Notes: generated by a model not told the origin, from the sequence alone. A stretch of DNA of 63,887 nt, filler included, from Caldilineae bacterium (GCA_037446815.1; 7 parts of 7 records of this genome joined end to end with filler, not necessarily neighbours in it), one strand, 5' to 3'. Shown: positions 1-10,397, counted from the first letter of the whole stretch. Program-made: numbers and translations.

Positions 1-62
1 CAGAAGATCACGGGGCAGAAGCGCCTGCTGGACGAGTGAGGCAGCAGCGGGGGCGCATCGCT

Positions 63-91
63 TTGACACGCCCCCGCAACGCCGCTATAAT
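63..91 (+). promoter_or_regulatory. sigma70-type promoter of glmS
   Basis: TTGACA (63-68), 17 bp, TATAAT (86-91); perfect consensus upstream of the glmS leader. Confidence 0.85.
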
Positions 92-161
92 TCCCGCGTT
101 AGGCCAAGCAGAAGGAGGTGATGCGCCGGACAACGCCGAATGAGCAAGCATCGGGGAGAAT

Positions 162-421
162 AGCGCCTGGACTGGGCGAGGGCCGTTGCCGCGTACCGTG
201 AGGGGCACCTTGCGGTTCCCCTGCGCGAATCAAGCCGTCGGCCAGTTGACGAGGACGGAGGTTCCTCACCGCGAGGTGAGGCTAACCGGCTGCGGCCGGG
301 AAAATCGGAAGATCGGCGGAAGCCTCCGGGGGCGATCCCGCTCCCACATCTCCCCTCCGAAGCGAGCGCGCCTACAAATCCGCGCGGGCGACCGCCGGGC
401 CAAAGGGGCGCGCAGGGATCG
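162..421 (+). ncRNA. glmS ribozyme (GlcN6P-activated), with expanded P1 and a core insertion
   Basis: AGCGCCTGGACT (162-173)...AGTTGACGAGG ACGGAGGTT (244-263)...ATCGG AAGA TCGGCGGA AGCCTCC (304-327); P4-like ACAAA...GCGA...CCAAA (367-413); GATCCC/GGGATC pseudoknot pairing; lies in the 5' UTR of glmS. Confidence 0.92.
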
Positions 422-620
422 GGCCATCACACTCGGCCCGCGCCATCCGCATGGAGGGGCCTCGCGGCAGTCTCGCCGCGCGCGTCAAGCGCCCCCACAT
501 ACGCCACCAGCGTTCAGCCGTCAGCCATTGGCCCGCAGGCGATGGCCGTGGCGGCGGCCCCTGTCCAGAGGCTACTGGCGAATGGCTGGTGGCGCAAGAA
601 ACTGACACGGAGGATAATCC

Positions 621-2456
<1,836 letters not shown>

Positions 2457-2487
2457 GCATCGGGTGCGACGCGCCTCAGAGCACGCT

Positions 2488-2780
2488 CCCTCGCCCCCTG
2501 GGAGAGGGCTGGGGTGAGGGCCACGCACCCTCGCCCTTCGGGAGAGGGCTGGGGTGAGGGCCACGCACCCTCGCCCTTCGGGAGAGGGCTGGGGTGAGGG
2601 GCGGGAGATTCTTCGCGGCTTCGCCGATCAGAATGACGGTAATGGTCCACCCGCAGCCCTTCCAGGTGCCCGGTCATGCTGACCCGAAGCCGAAGCTTCT
2701 CGGAGGATTGTAGCCGCGAATAGCGCGGATCCACGCGAAGAGGGCACGTGCGGCGCACCTCCGAGGCGCGTCGCACGTGG
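2488..2780. repeat. composite REP/BIME-like cluster: 3 tandem 40-bp units (CCCTCGCCCTTCGGGAGAGGGCTGGGGTGAGGG...), REP type-B half-sites and an ACGTGCG..CGCACGT palindrome
   Basis: Tandem units at 2488-2600; the same motifs recur at 10398-10585, 30155-30190, 51045-51200, 51335-51535, 61295-61330. Confidence 0.8.
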
Positions 2781-2814
2781 TCCCCCATCGCACTTTGACA
2801 CCCAATCCGTTACA

Positions 2815-2965
2815 GAGTCGGTTCCGTCTTGTGTTGGTCTGCCCCGCGCACCGCCTCCCCGCTCTGTCATGCTGAGCCGAAGGCGAAGCATCTCGGTCAG
2901 CGAGATTCTTCGCGGCTTCGCCGCTCAGAATGACAGTAGATGCCAACAGACTTTGAAACCGACTC
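2815..2965 (+). mobile_element. MITE copy, type-B core
   Basis: TIRs GAGTCGGTTCC / GAAACCGACTC; 8-bp TSD CCGTTACA at 2807-2814 and 2966-2973. Confidence 0.9.
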
Positions 2966-2973
2966 CCGTTACA

Positions 2974-3123
2974 GAGTCGGTTTCATCTTGTGTTGGTGAA
3001 CCGTAGGCGCACTCTCCTCGTGTGTCATTGCGAGCGAAGCGAAGCAATCCCACGCCCCGGAGATTGCTTCGGGCACTGCGTGCCCTCGCAATGACAGCCA
3101 CCAACAGACTTTGGAACCGACTC
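2974..3123 (+). mobile_element. MITE copy, type-A core, in tandem with the previous copy
   Basis: TIRs GAGTCGGTTTCA / TGGAACCGACTC; TSD CCGTTACA at 2966-2973 and 3124-3131. Confidence 0.92.
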
Positions 3124-3187
3124 CCGTTACACGCCCATTCGCGCCGACGGGGGTTCGCGCATATAATGGGTCGTAACGGAGGGGAAC

Positions 3188-4366
3188 ATGTCTCGTGTCA
3201 ACCGCGTGGTTCTCATCATCCTGGACAGCGTGGGCGCGGGGGCACTGCCCGACGCCGACCGCTACGGCGACGCCGGTAGCAACACGCTGGCCAACACAGC
3301 CCGCGCCGTGGGCGGGTTGCGCCTGCCCAACATGGGCCGCATGGGCCTGGGTCGCATCACCGACATCCTCGGCGTGCCGCCCGACCCGGCCCCCATCGGC
3401 GCATTCGGACGCATGGCCGAAGCGTCGGCGGGCAAGGATACGACCATCGGCCACTGGGAACTGATGGGCATCCACTCGCCCCGGCCCCTGCCCACGTATC
3501 CCAACGGCTTCCCGCCCGACCTGATGCGCCGCTTTGAGCAGGCCATCGGGCGCGAGACCCTGGGCAACTATCCGGCGTCGGGCACGGAGATCATCAAGGA
3601 GTTGGGCGAGGAGCACATGCGCACGGGCAAGCCCATTGTGTACACGTCGGCCGACAGCGTGTTCCAAATCGCGGCCCACGAGGATGTCATCCCGATTGAG
3701 GAGTTGTACGCCATGTGCCGAACGGCGCGCGCCCTGCTCACCGGCGAGCACAACGTGGGGCGGGTCATCGCGCGGCCTTTCGTGGGCGAACCCGGCCGTT
3801 TCACCCGCACCGAGCGGCGCAGGGACTTTTCGGCGCCGCCGCCCGCGCCGACGGTGCTGGATCACCTAACCCAGGCGGGCATTCCGGTCATCGCCGTGGG
3901 CAAGATAGAGGACATCTTCGCGGGGCAGGGCATCACCGAGGCCGTCCACACGAAGGACAACGCCGACGGCATGGATCAGACGCTGGGGTACATGGAGCGG
4001 GTGGAGCGCGGCCTCATCTTCGCGAACCTGGTGGACTTTGACATGGTGTACGGGCATCGCAACAACGCCGAGGGATACGCCCGCGCGCTGGAGGCAGTGG
4101 ACGCGCGGCTGCCCGAGTTCCAGGCCCGGCTGCGGTCGGGCGACGTGCTCATCCTCACCGCCGACCACGGGTGCGACCCCACGACGCCGAGCACGGACCA
4201 CTCGCGTGAGTACGTGCCGCTTCTCATCGTGGGGCCGCACGTTCGCGCCGGCGTTGACCTGGGCACGCGGGCGACGTTCGCCGATGTGGGCGCGACGATC
4301 GCGGATTGGTTCGGCGTGCGCGGGACGGGGTTCGGGACGAGTTTCGCCCGCCTGCTGGTGGAATAG
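3188..4366 (+). CDS. deoB: phosphopentomutase
   Basis: [55 protein letters not shown] motifs. Confidence 0.97.
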   Translation: MSRVNRVVLIILDSVGAGALPDADRYGDAGSNTLANTARAVGGLRLPNMGRMGLGRITDILGVPPDPAPIGAFGRMAEASAGKDTTIGHWELMGIHSPRPLPTYPNGFPPDLMRRFEQAIGRETLGNYPASGTEIIKELGEEHMRTGKPIVYTSADSVFQIAAHEDVIPIEELYAMCRTARALLTGEHNVGRVIARPFVGEPGRFTRTERRRDFSAPPPAPTVLDHLTQAGIPVIAVGKIEDIFAGQGITEAVHTKDNADGMDQTLGYMERVERGLIFANLVDFDMVYGHRNNAEGYARALEAVDARLPEFQARLRSGDVLILTADHGCDPTTPSTDHSREYVPLLIVGPHVRAGVDLGTRATFADVGATIADWFGVRGTGFGTSFARLLVE

Positions 4367-4381
4367 GCCGGCGACGCGCGC

Positions 4382-4418
4382 AAAAGACCTCCGAGGACGC
4401 TCGCGCCCCGGAGGTCTC
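4382..4418. terminator. hairpin between convergent deoB and pfk; probable terminator, T-tract on the minus strand
   Basis: AAAAGACCTCCG...CGGAGGTCT inverted repeat. Confidence 0.55.
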
Positions 4419-4419
4419 T

Positions 4420-4471
4420 GCTGATTGCTGATGGCTGATTGCTGTCTGCTGTCTGCTGTCCGCTGACCGCT
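4420..4471. repeat. heptamer tandem repeat (GCTGWYN-type)
   Basis: gctgatt gctgatg gctgatt gctgtct gctgtct gctgtcc gctgacc. Confidence 0.7.
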
Positions 4472-5500
4472 CTAGAAGAATACTTTGGCCAGTTCGTACA
4501 GTTCCAGGTCTATTTTCTTGTTGGACGCGACGGCGTGCTCCAGTTCCACGGGCACGATCTTGTTGCCCTTGAGGGCGGCCATGTAGCCGAATCGCCCCTC
4601 GCGGATGAGGTCCACGGCGAAGACGCCCAGGCGCGTCGCCAGGACGCGGTCAAAGACGGACGGGCTTCCACCGCGCTGCAAGTGTCCCAGCACCACCGTG
4701 CGCGCCTCAAACCCGATGCGCTTCTCAATCTCCTTGGCGACGCGCTCGCCGAGGCTGCGCTTGTCCAGCCGCACATGGCCAAAGGCATCGCGCTCGCCCA
4801 GGTCCTCCGGCTCGGGCAGGTCAGTAATCTTGGCGCCCTCGGCCACGACGACGATGGCGAAGTTCTTGCCCGCGTCGCGGCGATTCTTCAGGTGCGCGCA
4901 GATGGCGTCCATGTTGGTGGGCGACTCGGGCACGGCGATGAAGTCGGCGCCACCGGCCAACCCGCCGACGACGGCCACCCACCCGGCATCGCGCCCCATG
5001 ACCTCCACGACGATGACCCGATGATGGGCTGTGGCGGTGGTGTGTAGTTTGTCCAGCGCATCTGCGACGGTGGTCGTGGCCGTGTCAAAACCGATGCAGT
5101 AGTCGGTCTCGGCCACGTCGTTGTCCATGGTCTTGGGCACGCCCACCGCGGGCAGGCCCTTGGCGGCCAGCGCTGCCGCGACGCTGAGCGTGTCGTCGCC
5201 GCCGATGGCCACAAGGCCGTCCAACTGCATGGCCTTGAAGTTGGCGAAGACCCTCTCCATCATCTTGGGGTCTTTCAGCGGGTTGGTGCGGGATGTGCCC
5301 AAAATGGTGCCGCCGACGTGCAGGATGCCCGAAACGGACTTGGGCGTGAGCGGCTCGTAGATGCCCTCCACCATGCCCTGCCAGCCGTTGCGGATGCCCA
5401 CGACTTCCCAACCGTACTGGAACGCGCGGCGCGCAACCGCGCGGATTGCCGCGTTGAGGCCCGGAACGTCGCCTCCTCCTGTCAAAACTCCGATTCGCAT
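4472..5500 (-). CDS. pfkA: 6-phosphofructokinase family, with PPi-type signature residues
   Basis: [39 protein letters not shown] motifs. Confidence 0.95.
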   Translation of the reverse strand: MRIGVLTGGGDVPGLNAAIRAVARRAFQYGWEVVGIRNGWQGMVEGIYEPLTPKSVSGILHVGGTILGTSRTNPLKDPKMMERVFANFKAMQLDGLVAIGGDDTLSVAAALAAKGLPAVGVPKTMDNDVAETDYCIGFDTATTTVADALDKLHTTATAHHRVIVVEVMGRDAGWVAVVGGLAGGADFIAVPESPTNMDAICAHLKNRRDAGKNFAIVVVAEGAKITDLPEPEDLGERDAFGHVRLDKRSLGERVAKEIEKRIGFEARTVVLGHLQRGGSPSVFDRVLATRLGVFAVDLIREGRFGYMAALKGNKIVPVELEHAVASNKKIDLELYELAKVFF

Positions 5501-5558
5501 ACGAATTCCTCCGAAATCATGCCCGCTCTGAACTGATGCTCCGCGGGCGTGTGCTCTC

Positions 5559-6482
5559 TTACTCTTCCGCGCCGCCCAGGTGGGCGCTGCGGAACTGCTT
5601 GGGCGCGTCCACGAAGGCGCCGCTCGGGGTGATGCGACCCGCCGACTTGAACAGGCGAATCTTCTCGCGGACGCGCTCCTTGACGCGCTCCCTGGCCACG
5701 CTCAACGCATGACGCGGGTCTACTGAGTCGGGGTACTTGGCTAACCCTTCCTTCAAGCCCTCGGTGAACGCTTCGTTCAGGTACGTCGCCACGTTGATCT
5801 TGGCGATGCCGTGCTGGATGGCCTCTTCTATGCTGGACTCGCGCACGCCCGATGAGCCGTGCAGCACCAACGGGATGCGGGTCTTCTCATAGACGGCCTT
5901 GATGCGGGCGATGTCCAGTTCGGCCTCCTGGCTGCGCATGGCGTGCACCGAGCCGCAGGCCACCGCCAGTGAGTCCGCGCCCGTCAGGCGGATGAACTCG
6001 GCGGCCTGGTCGGGGTCGGTCATCAGCGCTTCCACCTGCTCCTTGGTCAGGTGCTCGTCGGACTGCGCCACGCGGCCCAGTTCGGCCTCCACGGGAATGC
6101 CCACGATGTGGGCGATGTCGCAAATCTTCTTCGTGATGGCGACGTTCTCCTCAAACGGGAGTTTGGAGCCATCAAACATGAGCGACGTGAACCCGGCGTG
6201 GAGGCAGCGCACGTTCTGCTCGTAGTCGGTGCCGTGATCCAGGTGCAGCACCACCGGCACGTCCACCTGGCTGGCGGCGATCTTCACCAGGCCGGCGGCG
6301 TAGGCCAGCCCCGCGTAGCGGATGGCCCCCTGGCTCACCTGCAGGATGACGGGCGCGCGCTCCTCTTGCGCGGCCTCCACGATGGCCTGGACCTGCTCCA
6401 TGCAGTTCGCGTTGAATGCGCCGACGGCGAAATGGTCTTGCACTGCGCGCTTCAACAATTCTTTGCTCGTTACCAATGGCAT
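5559..6482 (-). CDS. fba: class II fructose-bisphosphate aldolase
   Basis: GAFN, HLDHG, MFDGS, EAELG, GSVH, LVLHGSSG, KINV motifs. Confidence 0.93.
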   Translation of the reverse strand: MPLVTSKELLKRAVQDHFAVGAFNANCMEQVQAIVEAAQEERAPVILQVSQGAIRYAGLAYAAGLVKIAASQVDVPVVLHLDHGTDYEQNVRCLHAGFTSLMFDGSKLPFEENVAITKKICDIAHIVGIPVEAELGRVAQSDEHLTKEQVEALMTDPDQAAEFIRLTGADSLAVACGSVHAMRSQEAELDIARIKAVYEKTRIPLVLHGSSGVRESSIEEAIQHGIAKINVATYLNEAFTEGLKEGLAKYPDSVDPRHALSVARERVKERVREKIRLFKSAGRITPSGAFVDAPKQFRSAHLGGAEE

Positions 6483-6539
6483 GGCTATCCTCTCCTCATA
6501 AAGCGATCGGTGCGCGGTTTGCTAGCCCGCGCTTGGGAT

Positions 6540-7397
6540 TCAGGGCCTTGTCCGGCGGAACCGCAGCACCCAGCGGTGGTGCGAGGGGCCTTCAACATCC
6601 GGGCACGGCTCGTCCGTGGCCCGAAGCCCCCGCACCACCTCGCTCCCTTCGGTTCCCACCGTTACGGCATACTCTACGCCGCTGTCCATGGCGAAATCGG
6701 CATAGCCCGGGTCCACCTCCGGCTTGAGGCCGGTGTAGAACGCATCGGAGCCGCCGCTCCACGTAACCTCAATGCGGACCCCCGGCACGCCGCGCTCGTC
6801 CTCATCCAGCACAAACACGGCGATGAGGTCGGGGCCCGCGCCTGCTGCGCACGTGTACTCCTTCGCCATCAGGCGGAACACCTGCGCGCTCGGCCTCTCC
6901 GTTGGCGTCGCAGTTGGCTCCGGCGACGGCGTGGGCGTCGGCGTGGGCTGCGGCGTGGGCGTCGGCGTTGGCAACGGCGTGGGCGACGGCGTTGGCGTTG
7001 GGGCCGGCGTGGCGATGTACACGAGAAGCCGCGCCGTGATTCCCCCAAGGCGCTCGGCCAGCCGCGCCATGGCCCGTATGTGCTGAAGGCTCGCGCCCTC
7101 GTCCAGGCGAGTCTCGGCCACCTGCGCCACGAATCCGCCTGGGTCATCTATCCCCAGCAGGTTCAGTCGCGCCCGTGCCGCGTCCAAATCGCCCGTCAGC
7201 GCGTACCCGTCGGCGACCAAATCGGCCCACAGCGCTTTGCGCTCGGGCATCAGATCCGAAGGGTCGGTCTCGGTGTACTGCACGGGCCACACGACCCACG
7301 CCATGAGCAGCCCTGCTGCCAGCCCAAGGACAAGGCCCAGCGTGGCCCACAATCCGACCCTTGCGCGCCGCGGCGCCTGCACCGATACGGGCCTCAT
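6540..7397 (-). CDS. membrane-anchored hypothetical protein (TM, WPVQY helical domain, PT linker, C-terminal beta-sandwich)
   Basis: ATG 7397 overlaps the upstream stop (ATGA); hydrophobic segment and Pro/Thr linker. Confidence 0.75.
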   Translation of the reverse strand: MRPVSVQAPRRARVGLWATLGLVLGLAAGLLMAWVVWPVQYTETDPSDLMPERKALWADLVADGYALTGDLDAARARLNLLGIDDPGGFVAQVAETRLDEGASLQHIRAMARLAERLGGITARLLVYIATPAPTPTPSPTPLPTPTPTPQPTPTPTPSPEPTATPTERPSAQVFRLMAKEYTCAAGAGPDLIAVFVLDEDERGVPGVRIEVTWSGGSDAFYTGLKPEVDPGYADFAMDSGVEYAVTVGTEGSEVVRGLRATDEPCPDVEGPSHHRWVLRFRRTRP

Positions 7398-7729
7398 GGC
7401 TGTTTCAGCGCCTCCGTAAGTTTCAGCACGCGCAGGGCGCCGCGGGCATCGCCTCGCGCTTCCAGCGCCGCAACGGCCTGGGTCAGCGTCTGCTCTGCTT
7501 GCGGGCCCAGGAGGGCGACGGCGGCGCGGGCCTGGGCCAGGTCGCCGGTCAACTCCCACTGCTCGCTGACCATCTGCACGTATAGGACCTTGTGCTCAGC
7601 GCGGAGGTCCGGCAGGTCTGTGTCGTAGTACTGCACCGGCCACAGGACCCAGCCGATGACCCCGCCGAGGGCCAGCCCGATGACCAGCCCGACGAGGGCG
7701 GCCAGAACCCGCTTCAGTGCCACAGGCAT
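7394..7729 (-). CDS. small membrane-anchored hypothetical protein, paralog of the downstream gene's N-domain
   Basis: TM helix followed by WPVQYYDTDLPDL...LTGDLAQARA; SD GGAGG upstream. Confidence 0.8.
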   Translation of the reverse strand: MPVALKRVLAALVGLVIGLALGGVIGWVLWPVQYYDTDLPDLRAEHKVLYVQMVSEQWELTGDLAQARAAVALLGPQAEQTLTQAVAALEARGDARGALRVLKLTEALKQP

Positions 7730-7855
7730 GGGAATCGTTCCCTCCGTTGGGCGCGCCGCAGGCCCAAAAAGAGCGGGGGACTCTCCCCCGCTGCCACGGT
7801 GCGCGTCCGACGCCGCTTGTCAAACCTCGCGCGACTCTGCTATAATAGTCCCGTC

Positions 7856-7943
7856 TGGTGCCGAAGGTGGGAGTCGAACCCACATGAGGAGTGACCCTCA
7901 ACGGTTTTTGAGACCGCCGCGTCTGCCATTCCGCCACTTCGGC
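7856..7943 (-). tRNA. tRNA-Leu(CAA)
   Basis: GCCGAAG acceptor stem, GGCAGA D-loop, anticodon loop CT-CAA-AA, long variable arm, GTTCGACTC T-loop, encoded CCA. Confidence 0.97.
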
Positions 7944-7975
7944 GCGGGGCAGGTGAACCTGCCGGATTTGCCCGA

Positions 7976-8004
7976 AGTATAGCGCATCGGAGAACTTTCG
8001 TCAA
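7976..8004 (-). promoter_or_regulatory. sigma70 promoter of tRNA-Leu
   Basis: Minus strand TTGACG, 17 bp, TATACT. Confidence 0.75.
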
Positions 8005-8018
8005 GTTGCTGAGCGGAG

Positions 8019-8169
8019 GAGTCGGTTCCAAAGTCTGTTGGTATCTACTGTCATTCTGAGCGGCGAAGCCGCGAAGAATCTCGCTGACCGAGATGCTTCG
8101 CCTTCGGCTCAGCATGACAGAGCGGGGAGGCGGTGCGCTGTACAGACCAACACAAGATGAAACCGACTC
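8019..8169 (-). mobile_element. MITE copy, type-B core
   Basis: TIRs GAGTCGGTTCCA / TGAAACCGACTC; only a partial TSD (GCGGAG); a further TIR-like GATTCGGTTC at 8179. Confidence 0.88.
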
Positions 8170-8239
8170 GGCGGAGGGGATTCGGTTCAGCATGACACGT
8201 AGCAGGGCGGGGCGGCACGGGGCGCGTTAGGAGGTAGAG

Positions 8240-8452
8240 ATGAGGACCTTCACAGCGGTTGTTGAGAAGTGTCCCGATACGGGTCTGTATGTCGGCTATG
8301 TGCCGGGCTTTCCGGGTGCACACACACAAGCGGCAACGCTTGACGAACTGCAAAGAAACTTGCAGGAAGTCATAGAGATGCTGCTTGAGGACGGTGAGCC
8401 ATCCCTTGAAGCCGAGTTCGTTGGCACCCAGACGGTGGTGATTGGCGGATGA
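8240..8452 (+). CDS. hicB: HicB-family antitoxin (short form)
   Basis: FTAVVE..YVGYVPGFPGAHTQAATLDEL..NLQEVIEMLLE pattern; strong SD AGGAGGT. Confidence 0.9.
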   Translation: MRTFTAVVEKCPDTGLYVGYVPGFPGAHTQAATLDELQRNLQEVIEMLLEDGEPSLEAEFVGTQTVVIGG

Positions 8453-8834
8453 TGGCGAAATATCCCGTCCTCAAGCCGCGAGAAGTGGCAGCGATCTTGA
8501 GTCGGTTTCATCTTATGTTGGTGAACCGTAGGCGCACTCTCTTCGTGTGTCATTGCGAGCGAAGCGAAGCAATCCCACGCGCTGGGGATTGCTTCGGGCA
8601 CTGCGTGCCCTCGCAATGACAAATACCAACAGACGTTGGAACCGAATCGCGATCTTGGAGAACCTCGGCTTTGTGGAGGTGCGGCGGAGAGGCTCCCATA
8701 GGCAATACCGGCATCCGGATGGACGGTGTACAACGGTGCCTTTTCACACGGGGCGAGATATTTCGCCGATTCTGCTGCGGCAGATAGCCAAGGACATTGG
8801 CCTCACCGTAGAAGAGTTGCTGAAGCACAGATGA
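8452..8834 (+). pseudogene. hicA: HicA-family mRNA interferase toxin, interrupted by a MITE
   Basis: Removing 8499-8656 restores a 74-aa ORF MAKYPVLKPREVAAILENLGFVEVRRRGSHRQYRHPDGRCTTVPFH...LLRQIAKDIGL with the GSH catalytic motif. Confidence 0.93.
8499..8648 (+). mobile_element. MITE copy, type A, inside hicA
   Basis: Perfect 8-bp TSD GCGATCTT at 8491-8498 and 8649-8656. Confidence 0.95.
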
Positions 8835-8939
8835 TGGGCTAGTTATCCCATCGGGAGCGCATCTTACGCGTGCCTCCGCCGACGTTCCCTTGCCCGGCGC
8901 AGGGCCGGGGCGGGGGCGGCCCTTGCAGTTTGGAGCACT

Positions 8940-9536
8940 ATGGACGAGCAACGGCTCATCGCGCAGGCTCAACGGGGAGACCTGCACGCCTTCAATCAAC
9001 TGGTGCTCGCGTACCAGTCCACGCTATATAACGTCGCCTACCGCATCCTGGGCGATGCGGATGCGGCTGCCGACGCCACGCAGGATGCCTTCGTATCGGC
9101 CTACAAGGCCATTGCCCGCTTCCGCGGTGGGTCGTTTAAGGCCTGGCTTCTGCGCATCGTTACCAACGCCTGCTACGACCAACTGCGGGTGAGACAGCGC
9201 CGCCCGACCGACTCGCTGGATGATATGCTTGTTGAGCCGGAGCACGACGCCAACCTTCGGGATGATTCCGAGAGCCCGGAGGAGTTCGTGCTTCGGCAGG
9301 AATTGGGGGCGGCCATCCAGCGGGGGTTGAGCACCTTGCCCCCCGACCAGCGAATCACCCTCGTGCTTTCCGACATTGAGGGATTGAGTTACGACGAGAT
9401 CGCCGAAGTAACCCATGTGTCGCTCGGCACGGTCAAGTCCCGGCTCAGTCGCGCGCGCTCCAAATTGCGCGACTACCTGCTCCACAACGGGGAACTTTTG
9501 CCCGCCGCCTATCGTCTTCAAGGCGGTATAGGCTAG
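8940..9536 (+). CDS. ECF sigma-70 factor (SigW/SigE-like)
   Basis: DATQDAF, FKAWLLRIVTNACYD, GLSYDEIAEV..VSLGTVKSRLSRAR. Confidence 0.95.
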   Translation: MDEQRLIAQAQRGDLHAFNQLVLAYQSTLYNVAYRILGDADAAADATQDAFVSAYKAIARFRGGSFKAWLLRIVTNACYDQLRVRQRRPTDSLDDMLVEPEHDANLRDDSESPEEFVLRQELGAAIQRGLSTLPPDQRITLVLSDIEGLSYDEIAEVTHVSLGTVKSRLSRARSKLRDYLLHNGELLPAAYRLQGGIG

Positions 9537-9548
9537 AGGAGCCGGTTC

Positions 9549-10297
9549 ATGGCATTCTGGAACAGGGATAAGCACAGGAGAATCAAAGACAATCTGTCGG
9601 CGTACCTGGACGGTCGGCTGAACCCGACCCAGGCCGCCGAGGTTGAGGCGCATCTGGCGTCTTGCGCCGAATGCGCGTGGGAGAAGCAGACGCTGGAGCA
9701 GACGCGGCATTTGCTGCACTTGACGCCACGGGCGGCCGTTCCGCGCTCGTTTGTCCTCAGCGCGGCGCAGGTGGAGGCGCCGGCCCGTAAGGGCGCGTTC
9801 GCCCCTGCGCCGCTGATGGCGCTGCGCACGGCGACGGCGGCTGTAGGCATCCTGCTGGCGGTCGTCCTGGCCGGAGACCTGTGGCTGCGTCCTCTTGCGC
9901 CCGCGTCCGCGCCGATGGTGAGCGCGCCGCCGTCTCCCGCGGGCGAGATGTACTCGTTCGGCGCGACGCCCGAGCCGACGCTTACCGAAGAGCCGGCGAT
10001 GAAACTGGCGGCCCAGCCGCAGCCCGAGACGCCCGCGCCCGAGCCGCTGGTGGATGGCACGGCGGCAGCGGCCCTGCCCCCGGAAGGTGGCCGCGGGGGC
10101 GGCGCGCCTGAGGCCACGCCGGAGGCCCCTCCAGAGGTGGCTGCCCGGGATATGTCGGTGCACGAGCGTGGCGAGGCCCGCGCGCCCTTCTGGGGCGAGG
10201 TGTGGGTATGGCGCGCGGCGGAAGGGGCGCTCGGGGCCATGTTCGTCGCACTTCTCATTATCACCGTAACCGGTTGGCGGCGCGTGTCCCGCATGGG
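9549..10297 (+). CDS. zf-HC2 anti-sigma factor, membrane-bound; 3' end truncated by contig end
   Basis: LSAYLDG...HLASCAEC zinc motif, TM segments, directly downstream of the ECF sigma. Confidence 0.88.
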
Positions 10298-10397
10298 NNN
10301 NNNNNNNNNNNNNNNNNNNNNNNNNNNNNNNNNNNNNNNNNTTAATTAATTAANNNNNNNNNNNNNNNNNNNNNNNNNNNNNNNNNNNNNNNNNNNN
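10298..10397. other. artificial contig linker N44-TTAATTAATTAA-N44 (also 20587-20686, 30823-30922, 41034-41133, 51235-51334, 61413-61512)
   Basis: Identical six-frame-stop linker; the intervening contigs decrease monotonically in length. Confidence 0.97.

Noticed and set aside
2488..2600. 40-bp tandem repeats resembling a CRISPR array (also 10398-10550)
   Set aside because: No unique spacers and no cas genes; the units are dispersed REP-type palindromes.
3022..3279. Recurrent small ORFs beginning MSLRAKRSN (also 8547, 18116, 43471, 51617)
   Set aside because: Translations of the MITE core with no SD or coding evidence; not a transposase or protein family.
7856..8834. tRNA-anchored genomic island or prophage (tRNA next to a TA module)
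   Set aside because: hicBA lies on the 5' side of the tRNA, and there is no integrase or duplicated tRNA 3' end in the contig.
10298..10397. TTAATTAATTAA motif recurring about every 10.2 kb
   Set aside because: Artificial contig linker embedded in N runs; the periodicity reflects size-sorted contigs. Cross-linker gene neighbourhoods were not interpreted.
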